Position numbers and translations under genes: made by a program. Positions 52,725 through 52,851 of a stretch of 52,851 bases of DNA are shown here, one piece after another. Origin of the DNA: a virus (lineage: Duplodnaviria > Caudoviricetes); the IMG/VR virus record IMGVR_UViG_3300043753_000018, positions 1-52,851 of that record; one strand, written 5' to 3'. Within the stretch, counting starts at the first letter, position 1. The number at the start of each line of letters is the position of its first letter. The notes beneath the pieces were generated by a model that was given only the letters and a program-made list of their open reading frames with translations, searched no databases and was not told the origin of the DNA.

Positions 52725-52851
52725 CCAGCCCCGTCCACCCCGCCGGTGACGGGGCTTTCTCATGCCCAATCCCCGCTGGTGCAACTGGCAGCACGCCGCG
52801 CTCTGGACGCGGAGACTTCGTGGTTCGAATCCACGGTGGGGAGCTCGACGG
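52725..52851 (+). repeat. Terminal direct repeat, copy 2 (includes duplicate of the tRNA)
   Basis: Identical to 1-127. Confidence 0.95.

Larger units (their letters stand above)
1..52851. mobile_element. Complete temperate actinophage genome (siphovirus-like), circular assembly
   Basis: Full set of packaging, head, tail, lysis, integration, immunity and replication modules; ends overlap by an exact 127-nt repeat; no obvious host housekeeping genes. Confidence 0.95.

Noticed and set aside
52725-52851. 127-bp terminal repeat as a biological DTR, and a second tRNA copy
   Set aside because: 127 is a standard assembler k-mer length, so this is most simply the circular contig overlap. It supports completeness but does not mark physical genome ends.

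Overview
This window looks like a complete, circularly assembled genome of a temperate, long-tailed actinophage with very high GC, about 52.7 kb of unique sequence. The host is probably in the Streptomycetaceae (inferred from gene content). The first 127 nt recur exactly at the end. Layout: tRNA-Gln, then packaging and head genes (TerS, TerL, portal, MuF-like, protease/scaffold, major capsid), head-tail and tail genes, and lysis (GH25 endolysin). A regulatory/accessory island follows at about 24-30 kb, then attP, tyrosine integrase and the repressor/Cro/Xis switch. The early region holds RecT, an ECF sigma factor, a replication initiator with iterons, many small ORFs and a plasmid-type spread cluster. 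The most notable items are: (1) beside attP, a secreted pre-peptide with three (A/S)D(S/T)GWN repeats, divergent from a TrmB/PLD-like-LuxR regulator, which is a candidate non-arbitrium phage peptide communication system; (2) a phage-encoded class I terpene synthase homologue; (3) a BldN-like developmental sigma factor; (4) a nuclease-free, nine-repeat NUMOD3-like ultrabasic protein in the head-tail module; (5) a LexA box upstream of an uncalled CTG-start ORF; (6) a genome-wide TGACG-N2/3-CGTCA palindrome. All calls come from motif recognition by eye; no database searches were run.
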